Source: Chromera velia | Lineage: Eukaryota | Length of the DNA stretch: 46,536 nucleotides | Direction of reading: 5' to 3' | Assembly: GCA_018398765.1 (NCBI GenBank) | Contig: JAHBMJ010000505.1 | Span: forward strand, 1 to 46,536 | In this document: one piece after another, positions 11,511-24,897 of the stretch | Layout of the letters: each line of letters opens with the position of its first letter | How positions within the stretch are numbered: position 1 is the stretch's first letter | The notes under the pieces: model-generated | What the model saw: the letters and a program-made list of their open reading frames with translations, nothing else | Told to the model about the DNA's origin: nothing | Databases searched by the model: none | Translations under genes and position numbers: made by a program

Positions 11511-13159
11511 AAAACTCAAGCAAACAAACTTTAGAGTAAATCTCCTTCATGGAAAGAAAACAATGATTAAAAATTTAAAAAACAATGCGTAATTAACGTA
11601 TATCACAAAATTGTAGAGAAAGTTAAAAAAAAAACTAAACGGCTGTACACGGCTAATCCATCTTGGCCCAGTAGATTGTGATTTGCAGCAATGATTTAAA
11701 AAATCTATAAATTAATTTAGAAATAAATCTGAACAAATATCTAAATAAATGTATAATTTTTTATTTCCGATGAACTTTTTATATGAAACCTAGTATTAAA
11801 CTAGGCTTTTCTGCCGCAATGTTATATGCAGTGCTTCAAAAAGAAATATTGAAGGCTCGTTTTCTTTTCAATAAAGAAAAACGTCTTTCTATTTTTATGT
11901 ACGTCTTTTCTTTGCTCTTTCAGTTCTTCTATTATGTCTGTCCTCCTTGTTTTCTTTTTATGCAACGTACGGCCCTTCTCGTTCTCTGTCGGCCTCTCCT
12001 GAGGGTTAGTTTGGCCTGCCTGTCAATCGTAAATATTTTTCTTCGCATCTCCTTCAGGAACGGGAAGAAGAAGGAAAGACAAAACAGAATGCGATCTCAG
12101 CGGAGAGAGGGAAAGAAAGTGACGAGAAAATATGAGACAAAAGGGGAAAGTAAACGTCATACAGAAATGCTATGGATGTGCACTCAGAGTGTCACTTTGT
12201 CTGTCGTTTTGCAGGCAGCCTTCCTGGCATGACTTCTGCTGCATGAGAAGATTGAGCTGAGGCAGGCAGCTTAGTCGTAAACATTCAGACAGTCGTGAAT
12301 GGGTGACCGTCTACCATTGCCGTGATGGTCCACTCCACTCCCAGATCCTGAAGAGAAGAAAAGAGGAGAGGGAAGAAAACGAGAGGACGAGAGTTTTAGA
12401 AGGAAGACTGTCATATTGAAACGTCGATTTCGTGCAAAGCTCTTCTCTTTTCTTCTCCGTCATGAGTCTATATACGACAGCAGATTATCACTCGTTATCA
12501 CTATGCAAGTTGATGAAGGACTGTGCATAAGAGATAGCTGGGTTAAGGCTAGGAAAGTCTACAAATATAAATCATGTGATAAATGCGGATTCACGTCTAT
12601 TTTGGGTCCAACAGGTTTTATCAAGGACTCACTGAGTATCACTCTTCATCTCACTACCATTTCATCTTAGTCACCATTACTCAAATTCTATCAAATTATA
12701 AAAGTAAGGCATTGCTAAAATACGATCTCAAATGACGTATTGCTTCAAACAAAACGTGCGAGCGCTAAAGAAATCAAAAGGCAGACACACCTTAATGTTT
12801 TCCCTGCTTGATGGTTTTTTTGCTCTTGTAGGCATTCACAACGACTCACAAAGTTTGAGAGGAGAAATGAAGGACAGCACTGACTTAGAGAAGCTGAAAG
12901 CAAAGAAAAAGATCTACAGATCCACACGAAATTAATACAAGGATTGATTGAAGCAGCACCGGTAACTTTTCAATGTTTTCATCTGGAACTCTGCGGAAGA
13001 GAGAATGGCTGCGGAGAGACAGTTTCTCGCTCTAGTTATCGACATAGGATCAAAAAACCACTGAAGTGGCTGGAAGGAAGAAAAGCGCCCCTGCCTGATA
13101 CATTGCATTACAAGTGCAAGGAAAGACACGACCTGCGTGCCTTCCAAGAGAGAGGGAGG

Positions 13160-13571
13160 NNNNNNNNNNNNNNNNNNNNNNNNNNNNNNNNNNNNNNNNN
13201 NNNNNNNNNNNNNNNNNNNNNNNNNNNNNNNNNNNNNNNNNNNNNNNNNNNNNNNNNNNNNNNNNNNNNNNNNNNNNNNNNNNNNNNNNNNNNNNNNNNN
13301 NNNNNNNNNNNNNNNNNNNNNNNNNNNNNNNNNNNNNNNNNNNNNNNNNNNNNNNNNNNNNNNNNNNNNNNNNNNNNNNNNNNNNNNNNNNNNNNNNNNN
13401 NNNNNNNNNNNNNNNNNNNNNNNNNNNNNNNNNNNNNNNNNNNNNNNNNNNNNNNNNNNNNNNNNNNNNNNNNNNNNNNNNNNNNNNNNNNNNNNNNNNN
13501 NNNNNNNNNNNNNNNNNNNNNNNNNNNNNNNNNNNNNNNNNNNNNNNNNNNNNNNNNNNNNNNNNNNNNNN
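13160..13571. other. Assembly gap (N run)
   Basis: Run of n. Smaller gaps at 3160 and 20208-20228. Confidence 1.
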
Positions 13572-14378
13572 GGGGATAGGGAGGGAGGGTCCGGACTTCG
13601 GAGGGAGGGAGGGGGGGAAAGAGGGGTCCGGGGAGGGAGTAGCGGAACGACAACAGCCACAGAGGCAAGAGAAATGAACACGAGGTGCAAGCCAGCATAA
13701 AAAGAAAACGTGAGACAACTTTAAAATCTCCTCATCCTTTCCATACCCCCCTCACTGACTTTCTGACAGGCCAGTACTATGGATCCATATGGTACTTCGT
13801 AGTTCTCACACTATATTTGCTCATAAAGTTCTCCACCCCCTGTGTCATCCCCATGTCTCCCACCCTCACACTATCCTCATGAATATCCCCCTTGACCAGC
13901 AAAATAGGCTGGAGAGAGGTCTAGGTGGGCCACCCCCACGGAGTGAGGGAAGTCCACCCCTCTCGACCCCTCTTGCCACACCCAAGAGAACTTTGACTCC
14001 ATCTGACTCCCTTGTGGGGTGTCAGGTCACCTGCATCAGAAAATAAGCAATCGGAAGTCAGAGAGAGAGAGTGAGGTTTGATATCGTCTATATTTAGTTG
14101 AGGCGCATGGAAGCTTTCTCTTTGTTGCCAAGAGTAGATTCGAACAAATCTTACACTCAGCAATATGTAGGCATTCGATCTGCATTTATGCGTAGTCTCT
14201 CTGACTGACTGAGTGCATGCAGTGGGACCATTGAAGGAAGGGCTCGATGATGCACTCATGCAGAGATTCTACACATGTAGAGCTAGGAGATAATTGAGTA
14301 AAAGAAAGGGAACCGAAGCAATGTAAAAAGAAAAAAGCCAAAAGTACCTCCATACTTCATGTTTCTCTTCTCTGTCTT

Positions 14379-14806
14379 ACCGTCTCTGTCTGTCTCTTTC
14401 CTGCACGTTGAGTGACACAGCTCTTTTCCTCTTTCTTCCTCCCGTACATGCAGCCGCAATTCTAGCTTTCAAAAAAACTTCTCCCTCCAATCTAGCGATC
14501 GAATTAATGAACTGACGGTAGAATCTTCTGTTGAGGTGTCTTGAAACGTCGTCCTCCATGTGGCTTTTATCTGACTGCTGGAGGAATTCCTTTGTATCTA
14601 CTCTCCAGTGGCCAACAGTCCTTACAACCGTCTCATCCTGGAGGGCAGCGACGACATTTTTGATTCCTTCTAAAGTCCATGAAGTCACTATCTTCCCGAT
14701 GGTCTGACTCACTCATCGCTGACGCTTCTTGTGTTGAGAGGGATTATAGACAGGCAGAGAGGGATCTTCCAGTCGCGTTGTCTCTTCAAGTCCAACTTTA
14801 CCTCTC
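14379..14806 (-). pseudogene. Probable exon of an unidentified, possibly decayed multi-exon gene
   Basis: Protein-like 111-aa stretch (WTLEGIKNVVAALQ..RRFYRQFINSIARLE) ending at a GTAAG donor. Other exon-like blocks at ~15725-15825 and ~16437-16597; the latter has stops in all three frames. No recognisable domain. Confidence 0.3.
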
Positions 14807-15424
14807 CTAAACAATCACAAACATAGACAAACAGACAGACTATCGATATCTTGATGTGTTGTTCTTTTTACTGACAGACCAACAGATAGACCAACGGGCA
14901 GACAGGCACAGGGAAGAAAGGAAAGAGAAAAGATTGAACTTTCACATTGTCCTGTCTCATCAAAAAAACATGCATGAGAACCCTAGCATTTCCAGTCTTC
15001 TTCTCTACTCCACTCAATGCATGGTCCTTCTCTACATCAGTCACTGCGAAACCACCCAGGACAGCAGACAGTGTCTATGTAGTTGAGAAGTGGGAGGGGG
15101 GAAAACTAACTTAGCGATGAGTGGTGCACTGGTCCAGCAGATGGGGGTGACCCCGAAGTTTTGTTTTTTTTGGGGGGTTTGTATTCCGGGCCCGGGGTTG
15201 CATGGGATCGACCTGCTTTTACAGTCTCCGAGTTCCTCTTGGGCTTCTGCCCGGATTCTTCCCACTGGCAGGGGCCTGCAGGTGATGTGACGTGACATAA
15301 AGAGGAGAAGAAAAAGGAAGAAAAGAGGAGGCATGTGGGGATGTGTCTTCAATGACTCTTCATCATTCACGAGCCTTCTTGAAAAAGAACTAGGAAAAGG
15401 AATTAAGAGAAGGTGAAAAAAATA

Positions 15425-16106
15425 CGTCAACCCGTCTCACCAACAAAAGCATACGGTGGAAAGATCGTTGCACCAAAAGAGAGAATCAAGTGATTAATCA
15501 AAGAGGCATAGAAGAGATGCAGAGAAGATTGAGGGAATAAAGAGGACGTGCTCTTGCTTTCCGCCCTGCTCAATAGAAGGGAGGCAGATCATAATTGAAG
15601 AAAGCAAAACACACAACTTCGGGCCCATTCCAAGTCGCGCATGGTCTGGTGATCCAACGATTTGTACGCATGGATGTGCATCTATCTGTAGAGGAACAGG
15701 ACACGCGCATCTACCCATACACCTCACCGACAGCTGGCATCAAGCCATCAGAGCCACGGTGGGGAGGAATCGCCACAGCGGCTCGTTGCTGAGGTTGTAT
15801 GAGAGAACTATCCTCCTGCTGCTGCACAGAGAAGAGGTAAGAAGAGAATGGATAAACAAAAAAGCACCTTGATGATTCTCTTGAGTTGCGTGCAATTCTT
15901 TTAAAATGTTAGGGGTCAGGTTGTGTTTGAGAGATGAAGAGGGGGCCTTGGAAGTCGAAGAGAAGGGGGAAAAAGCACGTCAACCCTTTTCACCAACAAA
16001 TGCATGATGCGGAAAGATCGTCGCATCGAAAGAGAGAATGGGGTTATTAATCAAAGAGGCACAGAAGAGATGCAGAGAAGATTGAAGGAACAAAGAGGAC
16101 GTGCTC
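15425..16106. repeat. Diverged ~130-bp direct repeat (15425-15553 and 15978-16106)
   Basis: Shared sequence CGTCAACC..CACCAACAAA..ATTAATCAAAGAGGCA.AGAAGAGATGCAGAGAAGATTGA..AAAGAGGACGTGCTC. Confidence 0.8.
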
Positions 16107-17672
16107 GGTTTCTTGAAATGAACCCACATGACAGTGTGTTCCTTCCTTCCCCTCCCCTCTGCTGACATCTTCATTAAATTTTGACGTGTCTTTATAGCAC
16201 TGGGCATCCTGTGCAGATACAGGCTCGGTTTTCTTTCTCTGCAGATGGACAGGCAGGCATGTTTATATGAGCAGGCGTTCTTGTGAACATCCATTTGAAT
16301 CGGTACGCATGCTCGGATAAATGGCTGGGCTTTTCGCGCTCACCATTCCTGACAGTACGCTAGACGATGCACAAGACCACAGGCATATTGACAGATGGAG
16401 CTATATAGGGGCAGACTGATGGCACATGTACTTACGGTCCCTTCCAGAAGCACAGGCTCTTCTTTTGCCGACTTCAAGGTGCTGCGTGCCTCAGTTCAGC
16501 CCAGATTGTCCAGATGATCACCGGCATCTGAGAGATCCCCATGTAGGCCTAGCCCCAGGCACCGTGTCGGAGGCCTTCTTGACATCTTGATCCATTCTGA
16601 GGGGAGAAATAGCAAATATGTACAGCCAGTCAATCATGTATTTGTTGTCTACTTTCGTGAATCGATCGCCAGTCAGATGTCAAGATGAGCAACACCCCTC
16701 AACTTACAAAGCACTGAGAAAGACAAGAAACGCTCAGAAGAAGAACTAATCACAGAGAAAGAAAGGTAGCCAGTAGGCTTGAAAGATTGAGGGTAGATAG
16801 TGGGAGAGGGAGAGGAAAAGATGAGTGAAGGAAGACAGGGTCGAGATGACTGACGTCTCCACTTGACCTAGCTTTCTGCCCAATCGAAAGGGACAGAATA
16901 GAACGGAAGGGAAAGAAAGAAAGAATGGTCTCCCTTAGAGATAATGAGCTACATCGATCACGAGAGAACGAGCACAGACAACGAGATCAACTCATCTGGC
17001 TGAGGGAAGAAAGGAAATGAGAAAGGAAGTAAGAGATATAGAAGAGCTCGGATGAAGAAAAAAGAAAAATTGTGCATGCATGCATGCATGCAGGATACCG
17101 CACGCACTCCATACATCTCCATATATTTCCGGAGCCGATTGATCTGCAAGTGAAGGATGGACGCACAGAGGAAGGCTTGTGTCTCTCTGTCTGCAAGCGA
17201 TAAATGTGTAGCGAGAGTAAGGCTTGAGTCTTTTGTCTGCAAGCGATGAGTTTACAATGAGAAGAAGGCTCGTGCCTCTCTATCTGCTAACGAAGAATGT
17301 GTAGGCGTGTGTTTCTCAGTCTGCAAGCGATAGGTGTGTAACATCCGTAGGTAGCATCCTAGGACGTGTGGGAGGCCAGCAAAATGCAGAAGTAAGATAT
17401 TACTAAGCACAAATAAAGGTAGCTTCACGGGGGGTAGGCAAGCGAAAGGCAACTTCGCAGAGGCGAGGTAAACGGAACTTCAAGGAAAGGCAACCGGTGC
17501 GACGAAGTCAAGCTGCTGTCTGAGCAGAGATTGAGAGAGCCTAGGAGAGAGCTGAATGTACATACTGCTGACTGAACCAAGAGTGAAAGAGACAAAGCCA
17601 TGTTGCTATCAGAGTAGAGTGTGAGGGTGGACTATGCCATGTACTGACCGAAAGAGAAGCTGGAAGGCTGAG

Positions 17673-17945
17673 GAACGGTGCTACCCGAAAGATGATCTAA
17701 AAAGGTAAGGGGGCAGTGCTGCTCCAAAGACGATCCAAAAGGGCAGATGGACGGTGCTCCCTCCAAGAAGATTAGAAAGGGCAAGGGAACGGTGCTGCCC
17801 CAGAGCAGATCTGAAAAGGTAAGGGGATGGTGCTGTCCCAAAGAAGATCCGAAAAGGCGAGGCCCCGAAGAAGATCGGAAAAGGCGATTGGACGGTGCTG
17901 CCCCGAAGAAGATCCGAAGAGGCGAGAGGACTGTCCTGCCGAGAG
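17673..17945. repeat. 38-bp minisatellite, about 7 degenerate copies
   Basis: Consensus near GGACGGTGCTGCCCCGAAGAAGATCCGAAAAGGCGAGG repeated head-to-tail, one copy truncated. Confidence 0.85.
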
Positions 17946-19036
17946 AAATGGACCTGAAGAGGCAAAGAGAACGCAAGACTGTATTAGTGGAGCGAATTCT
18001 GATTCTGAGCTCGTGAAAGAAATTCTGAGAGGCAACGTATCCATTCAAGCTGCATGTTACGATGTGGCATCGCAGTAGCAGATTAAAATGTACTCACCTT
18101 GGTGAATAGTCGCCGTCCGAATGTCTGTGATTCCGAAGAGGAAGGAGAAGCAAAGGCTTACGAAGCCGTAACTGGACAGCAATGGTCGGACTCTGCATGC
18201 ATGAGCCAAAGGATGAGAAGCTGCTTCCCTCTGCCTGATGAGACGGAGACTCTTGGAAAGAATCTGAAGGATCAAGAGCCTGGGAGCTAGGCGTGAGGGA
18301 GTCACCTGAGTGAGGCTTTCCTCTGATAGGGCCATATCTGGCTGCAGAAAAATTCTCAGGCTGTAGAGTGTCATCTGGCTCTGACGGAGAGCAAAGGGGG
18401 GCAGTTGTGCCCAGGTTTGAGGAGAAAGGCAACCGCGAAATCTTAAGAAGTCTGTCAAGGACCTTCGAATGATGCCGACGGAATTCTCTAAGGCCAGATG
18501 TGGCCTTAAACGTGGCGAAGGCCAAAAAATTTTGGAGGCCTGATGAAGCCTTGAAGGTGAGTGAGAGACTTGGGAGTGGATATTCTTTTCCTTCGTTCTA
18601 TTCGAAACTGCTTGGATCGCGGTAGCATTCTATGTTGAGACGACTGAATTTCAGTGTATATAATTTCAGTGAAGGTCCGTGGCAAATTCAGAGCCTGCAT
18701 GGCCCCATGCGCGAGCGCTAAATCATGGCTGACGCACGCGGAGGCTGCCTTCGCCCAGCACGCGTGCAGGTTATATCTGAAAAATTCTGCACGATCGAGC
18801 TAGACTGTCTGAGGTTGTCTCATGCAGAATGTCTGAGATCATTGCCCCCCATGCAATTCCCCTCGCAACATCGCCTCGGCATCGATCGTTTGGACGTTGT
18901 GCTTGCTGGCATGATTTCAAGCAACTCAGAAACCAAAGAACCTGAAAGACTCCAAGGGACTGGGACGAGACGGCTGCATGGCTCCTTTTCTGACCGAAGT
19001 TGAACCTTCCCCTTACTTTTCATTCGCTTTGTCTGC

Positions 19037-20309
19037 ATGATGGCCTCGAAGGCAAAAGTGTCGCCCGTGCCCGTGGCGGAATCTTTTTTTAGGGATGGAG
19101 AGCTGGATGCAGGGAGTGCGGCGACTTCTTCAAGTGCAATGCACAGAATTGTACCTAGGTAGGTCATTCTCCCTGCGTCTCCTCAACTTCCCGTCTCCCG
19201 TTCTGCAACCTGCTCACTGCACGCATGCATGTCTTCTCGCACTTGTGTGCAGGATTTATCTGGGCTCTGCGCTCGCGGCCCGAGACCACCAGTCCCTGAA
19301 GCGCCAAAACATCAAACACGTGGTCATCGTGCATCAGTCCTTCGAACCTGTCTTCCCTCACGACATGCGATACGAGACGTGTAGGTGCGGCGACATTATG
19401 TGGGAGTCCATCCTGCCCCACGTGGCCACGGCACTGGAATTCATACACCAGGCCCTGAGCGCGGATGACTCAGGGGGTGTGCTTGTGCACTGCTCCAAGG
19501 GCATAAGCCGCTCTGCCTCTGTTGTGGTGGCCTATCTGATGTGGACCCGCAAGTGGTCTTTCCGTCGCGCTTTGGATTTCGTTCAGGAGAAGCGGAACGT
19601 GCACCCGAACGTGAGCTTCCAGTCTCAGCTCCGGTTTCTGCAGAGGCTGATGGGCATCGAGACAGGGTTGGAGGGGGGGGGGGGGGGAGGGGGAGGGGAG
19701 ACGAAGAACGGAGACGGCGACACAGATGCAGAGACAGGCGACCTGGAAGTGCTCGAGAGAATCCGGAAAGAGGGGGACAAATTGAAGGGGGACAAGGACA
19801 AGCTAAAAAATATGATGGAGGTGAGAGACAAAGAAAGAAAGAGGGTAAAAAATGCCAGGTACAGGTGTATGTGCAGGTGTAGGTGCGTGTGTGTTCATGA
19901 AATCTCTCGTCTCTGCACCTTCCTCCTGTCCCTTCACGACACTCTTGTTCTGTCTAAGTCTTCCTCCTTCTCTGTTGTGTGTTCATCTCTCTCTTCGTTC
20001 TTTTTTTCAAGGGCTACAAAGATATCTTCTTGACATGAAGAGAAAACTTATCTGGACGGAATGAACCCTTTGTGTCTTCGGAGTCCCTCACTCTGTCCTT
20101 CTCGATCTCTCTGTTTTGTTCTCTGCCCGCCTGCCTGCCTGCCTGCCTGCCTGCTTGCCTGTCTGCACCGCTGTGTGCCCGCGCTTTGCATCTGCCCCCC
20201 CCCCCCCNNNNNNNNNNNNNNNNNNNNNCCCCCCCGGCCTTCCCCGTTGTCTTGCTGTCCAGATCCGACCTATGCAGCTAGCTGTTTTGACGCTCAGCTA
20301 TGTGCGTGC

Positions 20310-20340
<31 letters not shown>

Positions 20341-20885
20341 TGTTTGCCTTGAGCCAGGCTCCGTATGGGTACTCCGGCAGAATCGCTGTTCTTTCTTGTC
20401 TTTGTCCATTCGCATCCTTCCTTCCGATTTGCCTTTCAGCGACTTCCGATTTTTGATTTCTGCTTCGTGATTGCAGGAGGAGATTGTACGTCTGTTCGCT
20501 GACTGTCGTGAGTTCATCAGCTCCCTTCTTGGTGAACCTCTGAAGTTTGGAGAACGGAAGGAGTGGAAGAGACTGGGCGTCGGACTGGAGGCTCTGAACG
20601 CGTATGGGGTCCTGGCGGGAGAGGCCGCACAGAAAGAGGCGGAAACAGTTGTCAAGGCAATCAAGAGCCTCTCGGTCGGTCGGTCTTCTCTTCTCTCTCT
20701 CACCGTGCATGGTGCTCGATCGAATGAGAGAGCTTTGCTTCTGGTCACGCTACTGCGCGTCAGGCTGCGTCAAAGGCAATGCATTACTCATCTCGCTCCC
20801 TCCCCCCCCACTGCTTTCTGGCTCTATCTCTGTCTCTCATTTACCCCTGGTCTCTTTCTTTCTTTCTTTCTTTCTTTCTTGCTTG

Positions 20886-20918
<33 letters not shown>

Positions 20919-21290
20919 CTGCCCTCCACCCCCCTCTGTCGTTCCATCTTTCTCTGTCACCAGGAAAAACAGAACAACGGTTTCTTTCTTGCAGTCACCT
21001 CACCTGCCCACGGATAGGCCCCACATGGAAATAATTAAGGAGTCAACAGGTGAGGGTGTATACATCAACACACGCATGCATCCATCATCTATCTGTCTCC
21101 TTCTTTCCTTGCCTGCAGGCCGTGTACAGCCCCGAGACGGCAGGCATGGCGTTGGCTGACAGGATGAAGGGTCACCTCGAGAAGTGGCTGGTGGCACAGA
21201 AGGATGCTCTCAAAGGTCTGTGTGTTCTGCTTTTCTCTTGTCGCGTGTGTGGCGTGAGGGGGGGCGGTACCACATGGGGCCAATTTCTCC

Positions 21291-21336
<46 letters not shown>

Positions 21337-22495
21337 ATGGTGTATTCCTTTCCCTTCACACGTGCTCCCGGGTGGTCTTTCTTTGCCTGTTCTTCCCTGT
21401 CGTTCGTGCTATCATGCAGAGAGAGAGAAAGAAAGAAAGAAAGAAAATACGGATAGGATGCAGCTGCGCGCTGAGATGTCGCTACGAAAGAGACTATTGA
21501 CATGAGAAGAATAATAGGCTATGAACACGACAGTAAAAACGGTATGTGATCTGAAATTTGATGTATGATACTGTTCTTGTGCAGAGAGGGAGAACGTGGG
21601 GGGAGCCGTGAAAGGTCCGACCGACTTTTTCGACGACATTTCTCCGAGTGCGTCTGGAGGCCTTCAGCAGAGCACTAAGGGGGGGACTGGGGGTGGAGAG
21701 GGTTCTGGGAAGGGGAAGAAGGGAGGGGGGGGGGGTCAGAACTTTACCTCAAGGGTCGAGAGGGAAGAGGGCAGAAAGAGGGGTCGGGAAGATTTGGAGG
21801 AAGCGGAAAATGGGGGAGATCGGAAGAGAGGGAAGAAGGAGAAGAAAAAGGGAAGAGAAGAATCGGACGCTTGTTCGGAGAAGGAGAAGAAGCACAAAGG
21901 AGAGAAAAAGAAAGAACATGATCACAACAAAGCAAAGAAGAAACAGAAGAGACATTCTGGAGGCTCAGACGGTTCCCCTTCTCGTCATTATGATAGTGAT
22001 GTTTCCGAATCCCTTCAAGGAAAAAAGAAAGAGAAGAAAACGAAAGAATCGAAGAAGGGAAAGGACGGGAGACGCGAAGACAGAGAGACGAGTGATCGAC
22101 ACTCAAAAGAAGAGAGAGACAGGAGACGCCACTTCGATGAGGAGGAGGAGACGCACTACAGGGCTGCTGACTCCAGAAGGGGGGAGGACTTCGGAAGCCA
22201 CCCGAAGTACGGAAGGTCGGAGGGTGGAGGTGAATCCCGTGACAGAAAAGGGGCCTACAGGGATGACTCTGTGGAGCGGGACGGTAGGGGTGATCGGGGA
22301 GATCTCTCTAGAGACCGGTACGCAAGAGAGCACCACCGGGGTGATTGGAAGGGCGACAGGGGTGGCTACAGGGATGACCGGATGGCCGATAGGGGGGACT
22401 GGGGTTACTCGAGGGACGGAAGGGGGGACTATCGAGAGCACTACTCTCGAGACGGGGGGGACATTGGGGACAGAGCCCGTCCCCGACATTTCTGA
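19037..22495 (+). CDS. Dual-specificity protein phosphatase with long Lys/Arg/Asp-rich disordered C-terminus; exons ~19037-19158, 19253-19820, 20477-20674, 21119-21215, 21585-22495
   Basis: Intact CX5R motif VLVHCSKGISRSASVVVAYLM, N-terminal RIYLGS and downstream VHPNVSF typical of DSPs. Phase-compatible GT-AG introns. An extra small exon in 19821-20476 cannot be excluded. Confidence 0.88.
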
Positions 22496-24897
22496 CCTTA
22501 TGTGCCACTGCTTCCGGGTTTGCCTCGTTGGTACTTATTGGAGGCTCCGACACTAGCTCCGACAGCTTCTCGCATCCATTTTTGGGTCCCCTGTCTGTTT
22601 CACCTGTGCAAACACTCCTGCATTGGTCTTCGATGATCGGAAAATCAGGCTACACAAGTCCTTACAAGTTCATGAACGCGTGTAAAGCGGCATTCTCTCG
22701 ACATGACACGAGTCGCTCAAGTAGCAATAAAAGTAAATGTGAGACAATGTATGAATCGAACAAGTGAATCCCAATATATGAACGAACCATAATGAATGAT
22801 TCACTATTCTCATACAATTACATGCTTAAATTGTTTTTACTCCAACTTTGATTGTTATATTTCATTTTTAGTGTAATTTTCACTCGGGCTGTAGTTTACA
22901 GTTTTACATACCGCATTTCGTACCGCATATTATCCGTATGTCCATATATTTGTGATAGTTTGGCCATGCACGATGTCAAGTTACGCCTGCCGCCCAACTA
23001 TAATTACATTAAATATATTTATGTTATGATCAAAATATGTATGTTATATTGGCTTAATAAAAAAGAGAGAGGAGTGTGATATATGAGGAATGGCTTTAAC
23101 GCGAATTAAAAGTCGTATTTTGAAAGACCTGCAAAGAAACTTTTTTCCACTGGTGCAGACAGTGGACTGTAGATTTTTATATGTGTTTCAAGCCTTTAGT
23201 GGTAAGATACCATAAGAAGAATACTCTGGAGATTGATAAAAATTTACCAAAAAAAAGGGGGTCAGTAAAATACTATAAGCGGCCTGACGAGGTGGCTTCG
23301 TAACGGGGCTCATAAATAGTAAGTCTCTGTTATGCACAGTCACTGTCAGTCAGTACTACAATCTCTTAGGTTCAACGTAAACAACAGATGACTTGCTATT
23401 AACTGCATGCGAGCATTATTAATTCTGCATGCATGTTGTGTGGTACGCTCGACGTCGCACCCACCGTAGATGCGGTTCTGACACAAATGCTTGTCATAGT
23501 CATAGTCCAACCACCACAATGCTACGTGCCCCCTCCCTCCAGAGTGGCGTCCCTGCCACTTAAATCGCATGGGGCAGTCATGCCATACACACTGCTAAGC
23601 AGAACAGAGTCAAAGACTCGCGTTTGCTATATTGATTGAGCTCACAACGGGGCCTTAAACCGTTGACTCAAGGCGGGGTCTCTTCTGTCACATGAAGGGC
23701 AGAGTTGAGAATTGCTCACAGGATTCGAACCTGTAGTTCAGCAGCGCAGGAGATATGCGGATTATATGATTGGTTTGTCCACAACCAACCTAGTCACCTC
23801 TGCCTAACTTCGTTGGTCACCAACTCCTGGAGAGTTCAGGGCCGACGACCTAAAATCGGAGTGTGTTTTGCGGAGTGTGTCATTCCGAAGAATTCACAAA
23901 GGCCCGAAAGACCTGAAAACGGAGTGTGATCACCATTATCAGTGTGTCACGGCCCGAGAACCTTAATACGGAGTGTGTTAGAGACATACACCGCGAGTTG
24001 TTGACCCACGCCTAACTTTAACTCTCGTCCTATCTCTTCTCCGATCGATCTGAGTGTCAGCCTTCTAGGTCAGCCTTCTTCTCGCAATCACACTGCGCTG
24101 ACAGTAAAGAGTTGTCTGTCCTTCTCTTTTCTTTGTTCCTTTTCAGTTGAAGTATCTTCTTCCATTCGCATTTATGCAAATGACATTGAAGTCAGTCTTT
24201 CTCGAAGGCAAAGATCGTGAATTCGATGATCGTTGCAAATGATTGTTCTGACAGCCAGCCCAGCGTAAAACACACACATGGTTAACACTGTGATAACCAT
24301 CCAAATTCTCTCATCGCTCCTTTGTTGTCTCGCCTTTCTTTGTAGTTTGTTTCTTTTCGTTACTATGACGGCTTCTCGTCTTAATTCCCTTTCATCTTTC
24401 TTTCCATCCACACCTCTCTCTCTCCTCTTACTACATGTTCCTTCTCTCTCAGAGAACCACTCACACTTATATGAACCTACGTGCCCCCTCGGAGTCCCTC
24501 CTCACCGCGTCCCCGCGGTCTAAGCACGCAAAAAACTTAGTACAAAGACGTGTATAACGGGTAAAAAAAAACGATCTAGGCAAACAACGTGAGATCAGGT
24601 GCTAACAGAATCTGACAGACACGCTGACAGATTGATCACCAAACGATCAAGCGGATGAAGGAAATAGAAATGAACTGCAAGCCAAACGCGAATGTGAGGT
24701 CTCCCTTTCCATTAATGCTCTTTCAACAGAAACCGATGGCTCAATCAAAGAAGACAACAGGTAATGTTCCTTACACCGGTAAGAGCAGGCAAAGAAAACG
24801 AACCAGATACGTCACAACGAGGTGAAGTGAAATGTAGATGGACAAACCAAGGTAAACGAGCACATAACAAAGCCAGGGCTCAAACGATTATGAAGCC

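Noticed and set aside
12932..13718. Six long ORFs
   Set aside because: They are open only because they span the N gap.
17673..17945. CRISPR-like periodicity (also 40050-40420)
   Set aside because: Units are contiguous with no unique spacers, there are no cas genes, and the context is eukaryotic.
21648..22556. Overlapping 302-aa ORF and antisense ORFs
   Set aside because: Shadow frames of the purine-rich last exon of the phosphatase; splice phase supports the 21596 frame.
24172..24411. env-like gene in the LTR element
   Set aside because: Only 79 aa with one hydrophobic stretch and no supporting motifs.
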